The notes under the pieces were generated by a model. It was not told the DNA's origin. It did no database searches and worked only from the letters and a program-made list of their open reading frames with translations. Positions 47,077 to 50,955 of a DNA stretch of 50,955 bases are shown here, piece after piece. The position numbers were made by a program, and so were the translations under genes. The stretch is from an uncultured Bacilli bacterium (GTDB lineage: Bacteria; Bacillota_I; Bacilli_A; RF39; UBA660). The stretch covers positions 1 to 50,955 of the forward strand of contig CANQWT010000003.1 in assembly GCA_947627635.1 (NCBI GenBank). The letters are read 5' to 3'. Every line of letters begins with the position of its first letter. Positions within the stretch are counted from its first letter, which is position 1.

Positions 47077-50000
47077 CTATATTTTTTCAATTTCAATACT
47101 AACTTTCAAATCATTTAAGAAATATTCTTCCTTGTATTCAAAAGACTTGATAATTTTTTCTGCCAAAGTTTCCCCTTTAATATAGTCTTCAAAAACATCC
47201 ATCATCTTACTAATCATAGCTTCTCCATAGTAAGTAATTTGAATATGGTCAGTAATTACAAGGTCTAACTCTTTACGAAGACTTTGAACTTTACGAACAA
47301 ATTCTCTAGCATATCCTTCAAGAAGTAAATCTTCTGTGATAGTCGTATCTAACACAACTGTTGTATTTTGATTTCCTTGAGCAAAATATCCTTCCTTAAC
47401 TTCTAAGCTTGGAAGTACCATTTCCTCACGAACTAAGAAAGCTTCTCCTTCCAAATCAATTTCATATCCATCTTTTTGCATTTGTTCAAATTCTTTGATA
47501 CCACAATGTGATAAAGCTTCTTGAAAGGCTTTCATTTTGCTTCCTAAAGTTTTACCAACCTCTCTAAAATTAGGTTTTAAGTGATAATTTAAGTAAGCAC
47601 TCATATCACTTTCGTACTTGATTTCTTTGACATTCAACTCTTCTAAAATCAAAGATGACAAACTGCCAATTACCTCTTCATTTTCTTTTGGAAGAAGAAT
47701 ACTTGACAATGGTTGACGAACTTTAATTTTAGCTTCTTCTCTAGCAAAACGTCCTAAACTACAAACATCACGAACCAAACTCATTTTTTCTTCAATAGAA
47801 GCGTTTACTTTTGCATCATCATAAGTTGGGAAGTCTTCTAAATGAACAGAAGTTTTATCCGTTAAATTACAATAGATTTCTTCTGTAATAAATGGTGTAA
47901 TTGGAGCCATCAATTTTGTTAAGGTAAGAAGGGTTTCATAGGTTGTTAAGTAAACTGCTTTTTTATCTTCTGTTAACTCACTTGCCCAAAAGCGACGGCG
48001 ATTGATACGAATATACCAATTTGAAAAATCATCATTTAGAAAATCTAGGACAGCATGTGTAACTTTCGTAAGGTCATAATGGTCATAAGAAGTAGTAACT
48101 TCTTTGATTAAAGTATGTAAACGTGACAATAACCATTTATCTGTCAAATCACGATTTTCGTATGGAATTTCATAGTTTCTTGGGTCAATATCATCTGCAT
48201 TCGCATACATTTCAAAGAAGGAATAGGCATTTTTAAATGTTGAAATGTATTTAGAATAAACTTCTTTAAGTCCTTCTTCATCAAAACGAAGTGGTGTCCA
48301 AACTGGAGATGCATAAGCCAAATAGAAACGAACAGTATCTGCTCCATAAGTATGCATGGTTGTAAATGGTTCAACAATATTTCCTTTAGACTTGCTCATC
48401 TTTTTTCCATATTTATCTTGAATTAAATCATTGACTAGAACATTTTTATAAGGACTTACTCCTTTTACAAAAGTAGAAATTAAAAGAAGTGTATAGAACC
48501 ATCCACGAGTTTGGTCAATTCCCTCACAAATGAAGTCTGCAGGAAACTGTGTCTCAAAGAAATCTTTATTTTCAAAAGGATAATGATATTGAGCAAAAGG
48601 CATAGAACCTGAATCAAACCAACAGTCGATGACTTCAGGAACACGTTCCATTTCTTTACCACAGACTGGACACTTCAGTTTGATATCATCAACATAAGGA
48701 CGGTGTAAATCAATTGTTTTGACATCTACTTCACAAGTTGCTTTTTCCTTAAGTTCTTCTCTACTACCTATCATTTCTTCATGTCCGCAGCTACATTTCC
48801 AAAGAGGAAGAGGTGTTCCCCAATAACGATTTCTTGAAATTGCCCAATCATTCATATTTTCCAGCCAATTTCCAAAACGTTTTTCACCAACATAACTTGG
48901 ATACCAATTGACTTTACTGTTGTTTTCAATAACTTTGTCTTTCATTTTTGTAACTGCAAGATAATAACTAGGTTTGGCATAGTATAAAAGTGGTGTGTCA
49001 CATCTCCAACAATGTGGATAATTGTGAAGCATTTTTTCCTTTTTAAAGAGTTTACCATTTTCTTTCAAGTACTGAATTACTTCAAGGTCACAGTCAAAGA
49101 CAAACTTGCCTTTCCATAATCCTTCTTGATACTTTCCATCTTCAGAAACTGGATTTAAAACCGGCAAATCATAAGCAAGTCCTACATTGTAGTCATCTTG
49201 TCCAAAAGCAGGAGCAATGTGAACAATTCCTGTACCGTCTTCCATAGTGACATAGTCAGCAAGAGTGACATAGAAAGCTTTTTTATTGACTGTTAAAGAA
49301 GGAATTAACTGTTCATATTCCATGTATTCTAAATCTTTTCCAAGATAAGTTTTTAAAATTTTGTAATCTTCTCCTAATACTTTAGAAGCAAGAGCTTTTC
49401 CTACAATAAACTTGTTACCTTTACTTTCTGCAAGAACATATTCTTCTTTCGGATTAACACATAAAGCCACATTACTGATTAAAGTCCAAGGTGTTGTCGT
49501 CCAAACTAAGAAATAGACATCTTCATCTTTCTTTTTCATAGGAACAATGACCGTGTTGGCAGTAATTTCTTTATATCCTTGAGCAACTTCATGAGAAGCA
49601 AGACCTGTTCCACAACGAGTACAGAAAGGTAAAATTTTGTGTCCTAAATAGAAGTATCCTTCATCATAGAATTTCTTTAAAATCCACCATTCTGTTTCAA
49701 TATAGTTATTGTCATAAGTGACATATGGATGTTCCAAGTCAATGAACTGACCCATTTCTTTAGTAAGACGTGAAAAAGATTCTTCATTTTCCCAAACACT
49801 TTCTTTACATTTTTTATTGAATGGTAAAATTCCATAATCTTCAATGTCTTTTTTACTGTGGAAACCAAGAGCTTTTTCTACTTGTAACTCAACTGGTAGA
49901 CCATGAGTGTCCCAACCTACTTTACGATAAACTTGCATTCCTTGCATTGTCTTATATTTACAAAATGTATCTTTTAAGAACTTTGCCATCATATGATGAA

Positions 50001-50169
50001 GTCCTGGGTGTCCATTCGCCGTTGCAGGGCCATCATGGAACACAAATTTAGGACAACCTTCCCTTGTTTCAATGGACTTTTTTAAAACATCAATCTCGTC
50101 AAAATGTTTTAATACTTCCATTTCAGTTTCATGAATTTGTCCTTTTCTTAAAGCTTTAAATTTTGTCAT
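47077..50169 (-). CDS. ileS: Isoleucine--tRNA ligase, type 2 (eukaryote-like)
   Basis: 1030 aa; GWDTHGLP, WTTTPWT, HCWRC, ISRNRYWGTP, KMSKS; type-2 C-terminus (EGYAREFVRKVQSLRK). Confidence 0.96.
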   Translation of the reverse strand: MTKFKALRKGQIHETEMEVLKHFDEIDVLKKSIETREGCPKFVFHDGPATANGHPGLHHMMAKFLKDTFCKYKTMQGMQVYRKVGWDTHGLPVELQVEKALGFHSKKDIEDYGILPFNKKCKESVWENEESFSRLTKEMGQFIDLEHPYVTYDNNYIETEWWILKKFYDEGYFYLGHKILPFCTRCGTGLASHEVAQGYKEITANTVIVPMKKKDEDVYFLVWTTTPWTLISNVALCVNPKEEYVLAESKGNKFIVGKALASKVLGEDYKILKTYLGKDLEYMEYEQLIPSLTVNKKAFYVTLADYVTMEDGTGIVHIAPAFGQDDYNVGLAYDLPVLNPVSEDGKYQEGLWKGKFVFDCDLEVIQYLKENGKLFKKEKMLHNYPHCWRCDTPLLYYAKPSYYLAVTKMKDKVIENNSKVNWYPSYVGEKRFGNWLENMNDWAISRNRYWGTPLPLWKCSCGHEEMIGSREELKEKATCEVDVKTIDLHRPYVDDIKLKCPVCGKEMERVPEVIDCWFDSGSMPFAQYHYPFENKDFFETQFPADFICEGIDQTRGWFYTLLLISTFVKGVSPYKNVLVNDLIQDKYGKKMSKSKGNIVEPFTTMHTYGADTVRFYLAYASPVWTPLRFDEEGLKEVYSKYISTFKNAYSFFEMYANADDIDPRNYEIPYENRDLTDKWLLSRLHTLIKEVTTSYDHYDLTKVTHAVLDFLNDDFSNWYIRINRRRFWASELTEDKKAVYLTTYETLLTLTKLMAPITPFITEEIYCNLTDKTSVHLEDFPTYDDAKVNASIEEKMSLVRDVCSLGRFAREEAKIKVRQPLSSILLPKENEEVIGSLSSLILEELNVKEIKYESDMSAYLNYHLKPNFREVGKTLGSKMKAFQEALSHCGIKEFEQMQKDGYEIDLEGEAFLVREEMVLPSLEVKEGYFAQGNQNTTVVLDTTITEDLLLEGYAREFVRKVQSLRKELDLVITDHIQITYYGEAMISKMMDVFEDYIKGETLAEKIIKSFEYKEEYFLNDLKVSIEIEKI

Positions 50170-50395
50170 AACTTTCCTCCTAAAAATTAAAAAATCTATG
50201 TTGAAAGGACGAACTAGTGCGTGGTACCACCTTTCTTCATAGATTTTTCTATCTCATTCCTTTTAACGAGAGGTCCCGACTTTATCTTATCCATAAAGCA
50301 CACTTGAAAGTGATTTGAAATAACGTTATTTCTTCGTTTCCACCTACCACGAAGTCTCTTTAAAATAACTTGTTATTTCCGTCTTTCGCACTTGT
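50170..50395 (-). ncRNA. T-box riboswitch of ileS, Ile (AUC) specifier
   Basis: Stem I GAAAG...GAAATAAC/GTTATTTC-AA-ATC-A-CTTTC (ATC at 50312-50314); AGAGA and GGTGGAA loops; CGTTA; T-box AAGGTGGTACCACG...TTCGTCCTTT. Confidence 0.9.
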
Positions 50396-50451
50396 TTTAT
50401 AAACTAGAACTATTTTAACATAGTAAAAATTCTCTGGCAAGTAGATTTTTT

Positions 50452-50955
50452 TTAAACAGATAATCTTTGGATGGCTTTTTCACTTAAGCCTGTTACCCTT
50501 GTTATGGTTGAGATATCCATATTCTCTTTCAGCATGTTTCTTGCAACAGTAGCCATTCCAAGTCGTTCTCCTTGTGCTTCTCCTTCTTCAAATGCCTCAC
50601 GTCGAAGAATGTTCTCATTTATCTTTTGTTTCTCTTCCATTGTAAATAGTGGTCTATATCTTTCTTCACTATTTAATCTCGTTACCATATTTGTATACTC
50701 CATTATAACTTCATCTCCTCCTATTATCTTATTTAACTCTTCTAATTCTTCCCTATTCAAGTCTAACATTATTAAATACTTGTATTTCTTTATGTTTTCT
50801 ATATCCTTACTATACCAAAACTCTTTTATCCTGTCCATATTATATGCGTATATCTCAACATTTTTTATATAGGTATTCCCTTTTTCATCTCTTACTTTAT
50901 AACAATAATATGGTTCCTTTGTCTTTCCCATTCCATAGTTGATATCTATATGGAT
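50452..50955 (-). CDS. Rpn/PD-(D/E)XK family nuclease (putative transposase-like), C-terminal part; frame open to window edge
   Basis: Tail EEGEAQGERLG...VARNMLKENMDISTITRVTGLSEKAIQRL is the typical Rpn C-terminus; upstream frame continues IHIDINYG with no stop. Confidence 0.8.
   Translation of the reverse strand: MHIDINYGMGKTKEPYYCYKVRDEKGNTYIKNVEIYAYNMDRIKEFWYSKDIENIKKYKYLIMLDLNREELEELNKIIGGDEVIMEYTNMVTRLNSEERYRPLFTMEEKQKINENILRREAFEEGEAQGERLGMATVARNMLKENMDISTITRVTGLSEKAIQRLSV

Noticed and set aside
50471-50872. 133-aa plus-strand ORF
   Set aside because: Antisense shadow of the Rpn-family gene.

Overview
AT-rich (roughly 30% GC by eye) Firmicute chromosomal segment, almost entirely coded on the minus strand. 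Gene content and style suggest an uncultured, reduced-genome gut Bacilli lineage such as RF39 (inference). Housekeeping genes: hisS-aspS and ileS, each behind a T-box; rnhB-pfkB-smr; yebC; spoVD-like PBP-mraY-ftsW/spoVE; murE; tex. Accessory modules are interleaved: (i) three large hypothetical proteins, one a pilin-like/WxxWxxW surface protein behind a perfect sigma-A promoter; (ii) an AMP-ligase coupled to an orphan hybrid histidine kinase; (iii) a very AT-rich island with a small secreted protein bracketed by an inverted repeat plus an ABC exporter; (iv) a 2563-aa M26/Zmp metalloprotease carrying both a cohesin-like and a dockerin-like module; (v) a two-methyltransferase + HNH restriction-modification-like cassette; (vi) a GT2/DUF2304/SMR/GT-C lipid-linked glycosylation operon; (vii) a Fic protein and a partial Rpn-family nuclease with a candidate intragenic antitoxin start. 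Best leads: the cohesin-dockerin protease, two T-boxes that look translational (no terminator, SD-sequestering), the IR-closed secreted-protein/ABC island, and strong but patchy GATC avoidance. No rRNA, tRNA, CRISPR array or IS element was recognised. All family calls are from motif recognition by eye, not database searches.
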